Below are positions 46,416 through 54,259 of a stretch of DNA of 64,000 bases, in pieces; within the stretch, counting starts at the first letter, position 1; the number at the start of each line of letters is the position of its first letter. Source of the DNA: Deltaproteobacteria bacterium (GTDB taxonomy: Bacteria > Desulfobacterota > Desulfuromonadia > Geobacterales > JAJYBI01). The notes beneath the pieces are model-generated. The model saw only the letters and a program-made list of their open reading frames with translations, did not search any database and was not told the DNA's origin. The position numbers were made by a program, and so were the translations under genes. The stretch is taken from assembly GCA_021779095.1 (NCBI GenBank), contig JAJYBI010000004.1, positions 47,784 to 111,783 of the forward strand, read 5' to 3'.

Positions 46416-46450
46416 CCTGCACTTCGCGAGAAACTGCAGGATTTTTTTTG
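46416..46450 (+). terminator. intrinsic terminator (expression platform of riboswitch 1)
   Basis: CCUGCA...UGCAGG followed by AUUUUUUUUG. Confidence 0.75.
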
Positions 46451-46530
46451 CCATCTACATGAGAAACGGTGATGACCGGACGGAGGACGGCAGGAAGAGG
46501 CACTGTAATCGGTACAAAACAACAACCTAA

Positions 46531-46625
46531 CTCCGATAAAGGCAAAACCGGAGTAATCCGGCGACGCAAAGCCACGGGTCCATAACTTCACTAGATAGGG
46601 TGTGGATAGCCGGGTTACCGAAGAG
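46531..46625 (+). promoter_or_regulatory. GEMM-I (c-di-GMP-I class) riboswitch aptamer, copy 2
   Basis: CUCCGAUAAAGGCAAAACCGGA-GUAA-UCCGGCGACGCAAAGCCACGGGUCC...GGGUGUGGAUAGCCGGGUUACCGAAGAG. It closely matches the V. cholerae Vc2 core as I remember it (GGCAAACC..GAAA..GGGACGCAAAGCC...GUAGCGGGGUUACCGAUGG). Confidence 0.85.
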
Positions 46626-46674
46626 ACTGAGGAGTCGGGTAAGTTCGGACATCGGGAGATGTCCAACGAGGCAA

Positions 46675-46716
46675 AACGTTCGACTCCGCGCGAGAGGGTT
46701 GAACGTTTTTGTTTTT
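46675..46716 (+). terminator. intrinsic terminator (expression platform of riboswitch 2)
   Basis: AACGUUC...GAACGUU followed by UUUGUUUUU. The alternative pairing GGAGUCG (46631-46637) with CGACUCC (46681-46687) overlaps the terminator. Confidence 0.75.
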
Positions 46717-46852
46717 CTGCACGCGACGGCAGTACGAACGACGGCACAGGAGGTGACTGCACCGGAGTCTGCACGGCAGCCTATTTCATGTTGATATGCT
46801 GGAATCAACCCACTTCACCATCACGTAGTTAACCACCAAGGAGGGAAACGCA

Positions 46853-47299
46853 ATGAAAAAAGTAGTGGCAATCTCGGTAGCAGCAGCAATCGTCGCCATG
46901 GGTGGCACGGCAATGGCCGTTACCGCCGATCTCAGTGTCTCCGCAACTGTCGCCAGTGCCTGTTCCGTTACCGGTGGTACCCTCAGTTTCGGCGCATTGG
47001 ATACGTTGAACGCGCCCGCTGTGCCCGCAACATCATCCGGGGTAACCGTTACCTGCACGAAATCAGATCCGTACACGGTACAGGTCAACAACGGGCTCAA
47101 CGCTGTCAGCAACCAGGCGTATCTGAAAAACGCAACCAATACGGACACCATCCCGTATTCTTTGACGGTCCCTGCGTTATCAGCCGGCACCGGCAACGCG
47201 CAGACTATCGACATCGCGGGCAACATCGCCGCCGGGTCGTATAAGACCGCATCGGCCGGCACGTACAACGATACCGTGGTTATCACCGTCACCCCGTAG
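46853..47299 (+). CDS. spore coat protein U (SCPU)/Csu-type pilin subunit 1 (likely major subunit)
   Basis: Signal peptide. Cys pair SACSV...VTCTK. Contains FG.LD, IPYSL and the C-terminal AGTYNDTVVITVTP. AAGGAGGG RBS. Confidence 0.85.
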   Translation: MKKVVAISVAAAIVAMGGTAMAVTADLSVSATVASACSVTGGTLSFGALDTLNAPAVPATSSGVTVTCTKSDPYTVQVNNGLNAVSNQAYLKNATNTDTIPYSLTVPALSAGTGNAQTIDIAGNIAAGSYKTASAGTYNDTVVITVTP

Positions 47300-47316
47300 A
47301 GATCATTTCCATCAAT

Positions 47317-47349
47317 GAGAGGGGTGACCCGATAAGGGACACCCCTCTC
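47317..47349 (+). other. 10-bp GC-rich stem-loop immediately after the first pilin gene
   Basis: GAGAGGGGUG-N13-CACCCCUCUC with no U-run. It may be a partial terminator or mRNA stabiliser. Confidence 0.5.
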
Positions 47350-47383
47350 GTATAACGAGCCAGATGATGCTGATGGTTGGGGT

Positions 47384-47845
47384 GTGATGGTTCTCGTGCG
47401 CACATTCATATGCATTGCCTTCATCCTCGTGACAACCGGTATGGGGCATGCCGCATCAACCACGGGGAATCTGGCCGTCTCGGCGTACATCACGGGGGTC
47501 GGCTATTGTGCCGTCAACCATACCCAGGATATTGCATTCGGTGTCCTTGATCCACTTAACCCTGCGAACGTTCAGTCATCAGGCAGTGTCAGCGTCGTGT
47601 GCCTCGGATTCGGCAGCGGTTTTACCGTCGGCGTGACCCAGGTGACGCCTTCCCCCCTCAGCCTGAAGAGCGGCGCCAACGAGATCCCCTATCAACTCGA
47701 ACTCCCCACCAGCGCCACCCGTACGTCGGGAGGTGTCATTGCCAGGCTTACCATCCCGATCACGGCAGACATCCGGGGGGCTGACTACAAACAGGCACCG
47801 GCCGGCTCATACACGGACAGGGTGACCCTTCAGATAACGCCGTAA
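47384..47845 (+). CDS. SCPU/Csu-type pilin subunit 2
   Basis: Signal peptide. Cys pair YCAV...VVCLG. Contains IPYQLEL and the C-terminal AGSYTDRVTLQITP. Confidence 0.8.
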   Translation: MMVLVRTFICIAFILVTTGMGHAASTTGNLAVSAYITGVGYCAVNHTQDIAFGVLDPLNPANVQSSGSVSVVCLGFGSGFTVGVTQVTPSPLSLKSGANEIPYQLELPTSATRTSGGVIARLTIPITADIRGADYKQAPAGSYTDRVTLQITP

Positions 47846-47958
47846 CCGGAATCTGGCGTGCAAGAACTATGGCTTGCCGTCGATGACTCCTCTCTGATAT
47901 GTTCCTCGCGGTGCGGGTGTGCCGCCCCATGCAGTTTCGGCTATGAGGAGAAGAATAA

Positions 47959-48753
47959 ATGACAGAAACGCTTTCCCATCGGCTTTTCAAAACGGCGATA
48001 TCCGTTCAGGCACTTTTTTGCGTGGTCTTCATTCTTCTGGTCATGTCTCCCGTCGACGGCTATTCAGGGCAATGGCGGGTCGCCCCTGCCCGTATCTATC
48101 TGGACCGTGATCTGAAGAGCAGCGTCATTACCGTGGTAAACGACGGGGACGAGAAGATCGATCTGCAGGGGAAGGCCATGGCGTGGAGCCAGGATGAACA
48201 GGGTAAGGATATCTACCGGGAATCGAATGATCTCGTATTTTTTCCCCGGATACTGATGATCGGAAAAGGCGGACAGAGGATCATCCGTATCGGGATAAAG
48301 AACCCGGAGGCTGCGCAGGAGAAGACCTACCGACTGTTCATCGAAGAGATTCCCCCCCCGCGAAAAAATCCGCTCGACTCTGCCCAACTGACGGTTGCCG
48401 TCAGGTTCGGAATTCCCGTTTTCGTCAAGCCGCTCAAGGAGGAGGTAAAGGGGGAGATCGCCCATGCCGAGCTTAAGAAGGGCCGTATCTCCATGACCGT
48501 CAGGAATACGGGCAATACCCATTTCAGGATCACCGACATCACCATGAAAGGCCGCGACGGCACGGGAGCGGAGACGTTTGCCACGAAGCTCAACGGATGG
48601 TACCTGCTTGCCGATGCCGCCAGGGAGTATGCTGCACCCGTTCCGCAGGATAAGTGTGTTGCGACGTCCCACATTGAGATAACGGTGTCGACTGATGAGA
48701 ATATTACGCTTACCGGGAACGTGAATGTGGAAAAGACGCTGTGCCTGCCGTAA
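47959..48753 (+). CDS. periplasmic pilus chaperone (PapD-fold, CsuC-like)
   Basis: Signal peptide followed by the typical chaperone pattern V.P.RIYLD......SVITV.N.G.E...LQ. A second Ig-like domain follows. Confidence 0.8.
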   Translation: MTETLSHRLFKTAISVQALFCVVFILLVMSPVDGYSGQWRVAPARIYLDRDLKSSVITVVNDGDEKIDLQGKAMAWSQDEQGKDIYRESNDLVFFPRILMIGKGGQRIIRIGIKNPEAAQEKTYRLFIEEIPPPRKNPLDSAQLTVAVRFGIPVFVKPLKEEVKGEIAHAELKKGRISMTVRNTGNTHFRITDITMKGRDGTGAETFATKLNGWYLLADAAREYAAPVPQDKCVATSHIEITVSTDENITLTGNVNVEKTLCLP

Positions 48754-51268
48754 CGCGCATGCTGACTCCGGCAGAGCCGGCTGGTTGCATTCCTTGTTCC
48801 TTCACACCCGTTCTACTCCGGCGCTCATCCTGGTCGTGGTGCTGTGCCTGCTACCCGCGCCGGCGGCGGCCGAACAGCTTGTCTGCAAGGTCGTCCTCAA
48901 TCAGGAATACAAGGGGGACCTTTTCGTCGACCGGACCGAACTCGGCGATTTCCTGGTGAAGGTCGACGACCTGAAGGAGATCGGCTTCAGGTCACCCCGT
49001 GGCACTTCTTCGCTGCATGACGGAGAAGAATACCTTTCACTGCGCTCCATGGACGGCGTCACGTTTGCGTTTGACGAAGGTGACCTCTCCCTTGCCATTA
49101 CCGCAGCCCCCGCGCTTCTCGGAAAAGAAGTCATCGATTTTTTCCCCAGGCAGCGCCAGAAAATCTACTATCCCCATGATGCAAGCGTATTTCTCAATTA
49201 TGGGGCCGATTATCAGGCCGGCGACGGTTTTTCATTCTCCAGCTTCAACCTGACCAATCAGCTCGGAGCACGAAAGGGCAACCTTCTTTTCCTAACCGAT
49301 ACCGATGTTTCCAAGGTGCCGGACCACGAACGGTTTGTCCGCCTGCAGAGCAGCTTCACCTATGATGACCGCAGGGGGTTGAGACGGTTCATCGTCGGCG
49401 ACTACTTCACTCCATCCGGTGATCTCGGCAGCAGGCTCAATCTGGGAGGGATCAGCTACGCCAAGGTCTACGGCATCGATCCGTACTTCATCAACTATCC
49501 GACCGTCGGTCTTACCGGCCAGGTCGCGCTGCCCTCGGAAGCGAAGATCTATCTCAACGGCATGCTGACGAAAACGGTAAAGCTCTCTCCCGGTGAATTT
49601 GAACTGGACAACATCACCCCCAGCGGCGCGGCGGGGGTGATCGATATCGTTCTCAAGGACCCGTTCGGCAGGGAACGGCACATCCGCAATCCATACTATT
49701 TTGGCGGCGCGTCTCTCTTGAAGCAGGGGCTCTCCGAATACAGCTACAACCTCGGATTCCTGCGCGCGCAGTTCGGGACGGACAGCAACCATTACTCCGA
49801 CCTGGCGTTCTCCGCCTTCCACCGGTTTGGCGTCAGCGACTTTCTGACGCTTGGTGTGAGAGCCGAGGCACGAAGAGAGCTGTATAACCTGGGGCCCCAG
49901 GCGACGTTCCTCTTGGGTACCGCCGGCCTCGTCAACCTGTCGCTGGCGGGGAGTACCGGACGGAGCTCCGATACCGGGGGGGCGGGTATCGTCTCCTACG
50001 TCTATCAGGGGCTGCACGCGGGGGCGAACCTCTCCCTTGCCGGCTTCAGCAGGCGGTATGCGAACATCGCCACCGCACCGTCAAGCGCTGCGCCGAGAAC
50101 CCAGGCGAGCGCAGGCCTGTCATATACCGACCGGTTGCTGGGCTCGCTGTCGGTTGGCTACTCGACATCCAGGACCTACGGGGGGGACAACAGGGATGTG
50201 GCGAGTGTCAGCTACTTCCGGAATCTGACCAATGCATGCTCCATCACCGCGACGTTTCGCAATGTTAAAGATACCGGCACCTCCAACGAGTTTTTCCTCG
50301 CCCTGAACTACTCTCCCAAGGTCGATACATTCGTTTCGGCCGGTTACCAGACCGCGAAAGACAGCAATGATGCCACGCTGGAGGTGCAGAAGAATCCCCC
50401 CGTCGGCGAAGGACTCGGTTACCGGGTTGTCCTCGACCGTTCCGATACGGCAGGCCAAACCGTTTCCACCGCAAACCCTTCCCTGCAGTACAACGGGCGT
50501 TACGGCATCTATCAGGGTGAATTCAACGGGCAGGTCAGTGCGGGACATTATGCCGGGTACTACCACCTGTCGACTTCGGGCGCCCTGGTCTATGTGGGGC
50601 ACACCTTCGGTGTTACCCGCCCGGTGTACGACAGCTTCGGACTCGTGAAGGTCGGAGACCTTCACGGGGTCAATGTACTGCTCAATGGACAGGAGGTCGG
50701 TTCAACCGACTCCTCGGGCAAGCTCTTCATCCCGAATCTCGGTTCATACTACCAAAGTCAGGTTGCGATTGACGACAAGCATATCCCCATCGACTATTAC
50801 CTCGCCAATGTCGTCAAACTGGTCTCGCCACCACTTCGAAGCGGGTCGTGCATCCCCTTCGTTGCGAAGAAAATGCAGATGATATCCGGCACCCTCAAGA
50901 TGAGGATACACGGAAAGATCAAGCCGGTGGAATTTCAGGAGGTCACCATTGCGGTCAACGGCAGGGAGATCACCTTTCCCACCGGTTCCGGCGGGGAGTT
51001 TGATATCGATCCCAGCCAGTCGGACGAACTCAAGAAACCTACGGAGGCGGAGGAAAACGGCTGCAATGCGGTTGTTGACGGGGCAACTCCTTTCATCCCG
51101 CCCGGTACCTATCGGGGAACGGTTGCCTACCAGGGACAGCCGCAGAGCTTTGCCGTGACGATCCCCGACCGACCGGACCAGATCATAGATCTCGGGCAGA
51201 TCGTGTTCGACATGGCTCCTTCGACCGGAAACGAACCGCAGGGGACCCCTGTGCCGGAACGCAGGTAA
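48725..51268 (+). CDS. outer-membrane fimbrial usher (PapC/CsuD-like)
   Basis: 847 aa with signal peptide LLPAPAAAEQ, the N-terminal L.V.LN....G...V........LV...DL...G. motif and a long beta-barrel region. It overlaps the chaperone gene by 29 nt. The start is uncertain. Confidence 0.8.
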   Translation: MWKRRCACRNAHADSGRAGWLHSLFLHTRSTPALILVVVLCLLPAPAAAEQLVCKVVLNQEYKGDLFVDRTELGDFLVKVDDLKEIGFRSPRGTSSLHDGEEYLSLRSMDGVTFAFDEGDLSLAITAAPALLGKEVIDFFPRQRQKIYYPHDASVFLNYGADYQAGDGFSFSSFNLTNQLGARKGNLLFLTDTDVSKVPDHERFVRLQSSFTYDDRRGLRRFIVGDYFTPSGDLGSRLNLGGISYAKVYGIDPYFINYPTVGLTGQVALPSEAKIYLNGMLTKTVKLSPGEFELDNITPSGAAGVIDIVLKDPFGRERHIRNPYYFGGASLLKQGLSEYSYNLGFLRAQFGTDSNHYSDLAFSAFHRFGVSDFLTLGVRAEARRELYNLGPQATFLLGTAGLVNLSLAGSTGRSSDTGGAGIVSYVYQGLHAGANLSLAGFSRRYANIATAPSSAAPRTQASAGLSYTDRLLGSLSVGYSTSRTYGGDNRDVASVSYFRNLTNACSITATFRNVKDTGTSNEFFLALNYSPKVDTFVSAGYQTAKDSNDATLEVQKNPPVGEGLGYRVVLDRSDTAGQTVSTANPSLQYNGRYGIYQGEFNGQVSAGHYAGYYHLSTSGALVYVGHTFGVTRPVYDSFGLVKVGDLHGVNVLLNGQEVGSTDSSGKLFIPNLGSYYQSQVAIDDKHIPIDYYLANVVKLVSPPLRSGSCIPFVAKKMQMISGTLKMRIHGKIKPVEFQEVTIAVNGREITFPTGSGGEFDIDPSQSDELKKPTEAEENGCNAVVDGATPFIPPGTYRGTVAYQGQPQSFAVTIPDRPDQIIDLGQIVFDMAPSTGNEPQGTPVPERR

Positions 51269-51408
51269 TAGTGCGCATCGGGGATGCCGTCCCGTTTTTC
51301 CTGACGGACACCTGCAGTGACAAGCAGTGTCTGGTAGAATCCTGGCAGGTTTGCCGACCGGCGAGCCGGCGCGATGTCGGCTGGAACAGCGAAGAAAGAG
51401 GTGGGTAC

Positions 51409-51873
51409 ATGGTGAAATTATGCAGGGTACTGATTGTCGCGTCGTTGGTGTTTTGTGCCGGCAGATGCTATGCGGTTCATTGCAACGTGTCCACGACACC
51501 CGTTAGCTTCATGAACTACGATGTCTTTTCGCTGTATCCTCTCTATTCGACCGGCACGATCGCGGTAAGCTGCAACAACCCCGACAAAAATCCGATGCCG
51601 GTCACCATTGCCGTCAGCAGCGGCGGCTCCGGAACGTTTAACCCGAGGCAGATGAAGGCGGCAGCCGGGACCGATCTCCTCAACTATTACCTGTATACCA
51701 GTGCTGCGCGGACGGTCATCTGGGGGGACGGCACCGGCGGCACCTCCACGGTCACCAACAACGTGTCCAGGAATTTCCCCTGGAACGCAACGATCTTTGG
51801 TGCCTTACCCCAGCGTCAGAACGTGAGTGCGGGGAATTACCACGACATAGTCGTGGTAACGGTCATGTGGTGA
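51409..51873 (+). CDS. SCPU/Csu-type subunit 3 (possible tip/minor subunit)
   Basis: ATG at 51409 follows AGAGG. Signal peptide. Cys pair HCNVS...VSCNN. Contains LNYYLY, VIWGDG and the C-terminal AGNYHDIVVVTVMW. Confidence 0.8.
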   Translation: MVKLCRVLIVASLVFCAGRCYAVHCNVSTTPVSFMNYDVFSLYPLYSTGTIAVSCNNPDKNPMPVTIAVSSGGSGTFNPRQMKAAAGTDLLNYYLYTSAARTVIWGDGTGGTSTVTNNVSRNFPWNATIFGALPQRQNVSAGNYHDIVVVTVMW

Positions 51874-52117
51874 TCTCGCCGCTACGCAGCCCTGGCGGGC
51901 GTATCCAGCCCAGTCTCCGTTCCTCCCGGCGGCTTTGATTCATTCTGCCTTTTACATAACAGGGAGCGTGCCAGCCGTGTGGATGTGTGCAACACTTTGA
52001 AGTTACGCAACAATATTGAAGTGCTACGGGCGTCGAAGGGGGGCGGCTACGGAGGCGTGTACCAATATGGTGCGTGTGTCCGGCAAAAATGCACGGCAGG
52101 AGCGGGCGGGATACGGA

Positions 52118-52969
52118 TCAGCGGCTGAGCGCCTCCTCGAAGAAGGCGACGAGCCGGGCGCGGTAGGGTGACGCCGGGGAGACGAACGCCTCCGTGTGGC
52201 CGGCGCCGGGTATGAGCCAGAGGGTCTTGGGTTCCCGCGCCCGCGCCATGAGCGCTTCTGCGTGATGGGGCGGGATGACCTCGTCGGCGGAGCCGTGGAT
52301 GATGAGGAGCGGGATCGGGGCGATCCTGTCCACGTAGTCGATGGGGCTCAAGGAATCGCCGATGAGAAGGTACGACAGCGGCGTCTTCAGGAGCGACAGC
52401 AGAGGGATGACGCCGATCTTGTCCCGCACGATACCGCGGTAGGAGGCGAAGGCGGACTCGGAGACGACGGCCCTGATCCCCTGCCGGTCGCCGCTCCCCA
52501 CGGCGGTGAGCGCCACGGCGCCCCCCAGGCTCTGCCCCAGGACCAGGAGGCGGTTCTTGTCCACGTCCGGCCGGGAGCGGACGTAGTCGATGGCGGCCCG
52601 GGCGTCCGCGGCGATCCCCGCGCGGTCGGGGCTGCCTGCGGAGCCGCCGTAGCCGCGGTAGTCGAAGGTGAAGACGTTGAACCCCTCGGCGGGGAGCCAG
52701 TTGACGAACCCGAAGTGGGCGGTCATGTTCTGGGCGTTGCCGTGGAAGTGGATCACCGTCCCCTTGGCCGTCCCCACGGCGGGGACGAACCAGCCGGAGA
52801 GTTTCGTCCCGTCGCCGCTTCTGAAGGTGACCGGTTCGTACTTCAGCCCCACGTCGGCGGGACTGCCGTAGACCTTGTGGTCCGGGTGGTAGAAGAGCCG
52901 TCCCACGCACCCCTGGCAGGGGAGGAGGATGAGCGAGAGAAGAAGCAGTGTCGCGACACGACCGGTCAT
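52118..52969 (-). CDS. alpha/beta-fold hydrolase lipoprotein
   Basis: Lipobox LILLPCQGC. Nucleophile elbow GQSLGG. Contains HGNAQN and a late IIHGSADEVIP with a His further on. Confidence 0.8.
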   Translation of the reverse strand: MTGRVATLLLLSLILLPCQGCVGRLFYHPDHKVYGSPADVGLKYEPVTFRSGDGTKLSGWFVPAVGTAKGTVIHFHGNAQNMTAHFGFVNWLPAEGFNVFTFDYRGYGGSAGSPDRAGIAADARAAIDYVRSRPDVDKNRLLVLGQSLGGAVALTAVGSGDRQGIRAVVSESAFASYRGIVRDKIGVIPLLSLLKTPLSYLLIGDSLSPIDYVDRIAPIPLLIIHGSADEVIPPHHAEALMARAREPKTLWLIPGAGHTEAFVSPASPYRARLVAFFEEALSR

Positions 52970-52991
52970 GGCGTTCCCTTCCGGTGGAGGT

Positions 52992-53381
52992 TTAACTACC
53001 GGCTGGCCGGACATGGGTCCGGAACCAGCTTTCGGCATCGGTGCGTCCCGCAGTACCCTCTGTCATGGAGATGGTGAACCGGTACAGCTCTTCCTGGGAC
53101 GCTTCGATCCGGTATCCGTTTCTGCGCATGAATATGCCCGCTGCAGCGATGGCGGTACGCTTGTTGCCGTCCACGAACGGATGGTTCTTGATGATGTATT
53201 CCATGAGTGCAGCTGCCTGGGCGAACAGATCGGAATAGAGATTGGCAGCGTCGAAGGTCGCCTGAGGACGCGCTGCGGCGGCCTGCAGGGCACCCAGGTC
53301 GCGGACACCGTGGGCGCCGCCGCTGGTTTCAATGAGGCGGTGATGGAGAAACAGGATCTGCTGCGGCGTGAGGTAATCCAT
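52992..53381 (-). CDS. doc: Doc (death-on-curing) Fic-fold toxin
   Basis: Motif HPFVDGNKRTA. About 129 aa. Its start overlaps the upstream antitoxin stop by 1 nt. Confidence 0.9.
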   Translation of the reverse strand: MDYLTPQQILFLHHRLIETSGGAHGVRDLGALQAAAARPQATFDAANLYSDLFAQAAALMEYIIKNHPFVDGNKRTAIAAAGIFMRRNGYRIEASQEELYRFTISMTEGTAGRTDAESWFRTHVRPAGS

Positions 53382-53626
53382 TATTCAGCAAGTTTCTTGA
53401 GTGCCGGACGGTACTCTTCGATGAACTCGCCGACCTGGGCGGCAAATTGGGCATCGACCCCTTCCAGGTACTGTTCCGGTCGGACCGGTTCGATCACGAT
53501 CCTGCCGTGCTCCTCGTCTACCTGGACCTCCACCTCCGATCCGACCGCCAGCTTGAGCCGCTCCAGTGCTTCCGCAGGCAGGGACACCCCCCTGCTGTTA
53601 CCAATAGTGCATATCTTGCGGCGCAT
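53381..53626 (-). CDS. AbrB/SpoVT-fold antitoxin (Phd functional analogue)
   Basis: IGNSRGVSLPAEALERLKL..G..VEV is the swapped-hairpin AbrB/MazE-type motif. It is paired with doc. Confidence 0.85.
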   Translation of the reverse strand: MRRKICTIGNSRGVSLPAEALERLKLAVGSEVEVQVDEEHGRIVIEPVRPEQYLEGVDAQFAAQVGEFIEEYRPALKKLAE

Positions 53627-53642
53627 ATAGACCCCTTTGCTT

Positions 53643-53661
53643 GTTATAACCGAATTATAAC
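53643..53661. promoter_or_regulatory. candidate TA operator/promoter: inverted repeat GTTATAAC-CGA-ATTATAAC
   Basis: Inverted repeat with 7/8 matching arms. It contains TATAAT/TATAAC -10-like hexamers on the minus strand, 20-35 nt upstream of the antitoxin ATG. Confidence 0.4.
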
Positions 53662-53972
53662 ACTGACGTGTTGGTCGGGCAATCGCTCATTGAGCCGCGG
53701 TGCGGCGGGGTAGGGGTACGATTGCCGGATGTGCATCGTTCCTGTATGCGGTTGAGACACGACCCCGAGGCTATTTTCATGACGTTCAATGGTTGCAATG
53801 CCGGATAATCAGCTTCTGATGGATGAGCCAAATAATGTGCATCATAACGAACCCCTGCAAACTGCCGTCCAGCGCCATTGCGGGCTCTTGAGCTGATTGC
53901 AGCGCAGCCAGACAACATCGCAATCAACAGGCAAAATAGCATTACTCTAAAGCAGGTTAAACGTCCCATCAT
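53655..53972 (-). CDS. small lipoprotein, YceK/DUF1375-like N-terminus
   Basis: Lipobox LIAMLSGC is followed by AAISSR...FAGVRYD, as in YceK-type lipoproteins. Local codon usage is conspicuously AT-rich. The C-terminal part is not family-like. Confidence 0.45.
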   Translation of the reverse strand: MMGRLTCFRVMLFCLLIAMLSGCAAISSRARNGAGRQFAGVRYDAHYLAHPSEADYPALQPLNVMKIASGSCLNRIQERCTSGNRTPTPPHRGSMSDCPTNTSVL

Positions 53973-54202
53973 CCCCCCATCGCCGCCGCGGCGATCTCCT
54001 TGATCCCTTTCAGGTCAAGCTTGCCGCTGCCGAGGATCGGCAGGCTCTCCACCTCCACGTAGCAGTCGCGCCACGGCTTCCACAGGTTGGGGAGACCGCT
54101 CTCGGCCATGTGGCGTCGCAGGGGCTCTACGTCCGGCGCATCGCGCACGAAGAGTACTACGAGCTGCTCCCCCTCTTCTCCGGAGACTGGGGATGCCGGC
54201 AC
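53969..54202 (-). pseudogene. duplicated 3'-terminal fragment of the aas-like gene
   Basis: The 77-aa ORF ends ..LRRHMAESGLPNLWKPWRDCYVEVESLPILGSGKLDLKGIKEIAAAAMGG. This is near-identical to the C-terminus of the 1163-aa protein at 55607..59098. DNA identity over the first ~170 nt is roughly 9 in 10 by manual alignment. Confidence 0.7.
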
Positions 54203-54259
54203 GTCGTGCGTTGTTGTCTGCGATCACGTTTGGCGGCATTTTATGGCCAGTTGGACCGA

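Noticed and set aside
46228-46832. Short ORFs (60-127 aa) on both strands in the regulator-pilin intergenic region
   Set aside because: They overlie the two GEMM-I aptamers and their terminators. Their sequences are not protein-like and they lack RBSs.
51989-52025. Imperfect direct repeat GCAACA-(N)-TTGAAGT x2 between the convergent pilus and hydrolase genes
   Set aside because: It is short and imperfect, and it lies downstream of both genes. No functional context is apparent.
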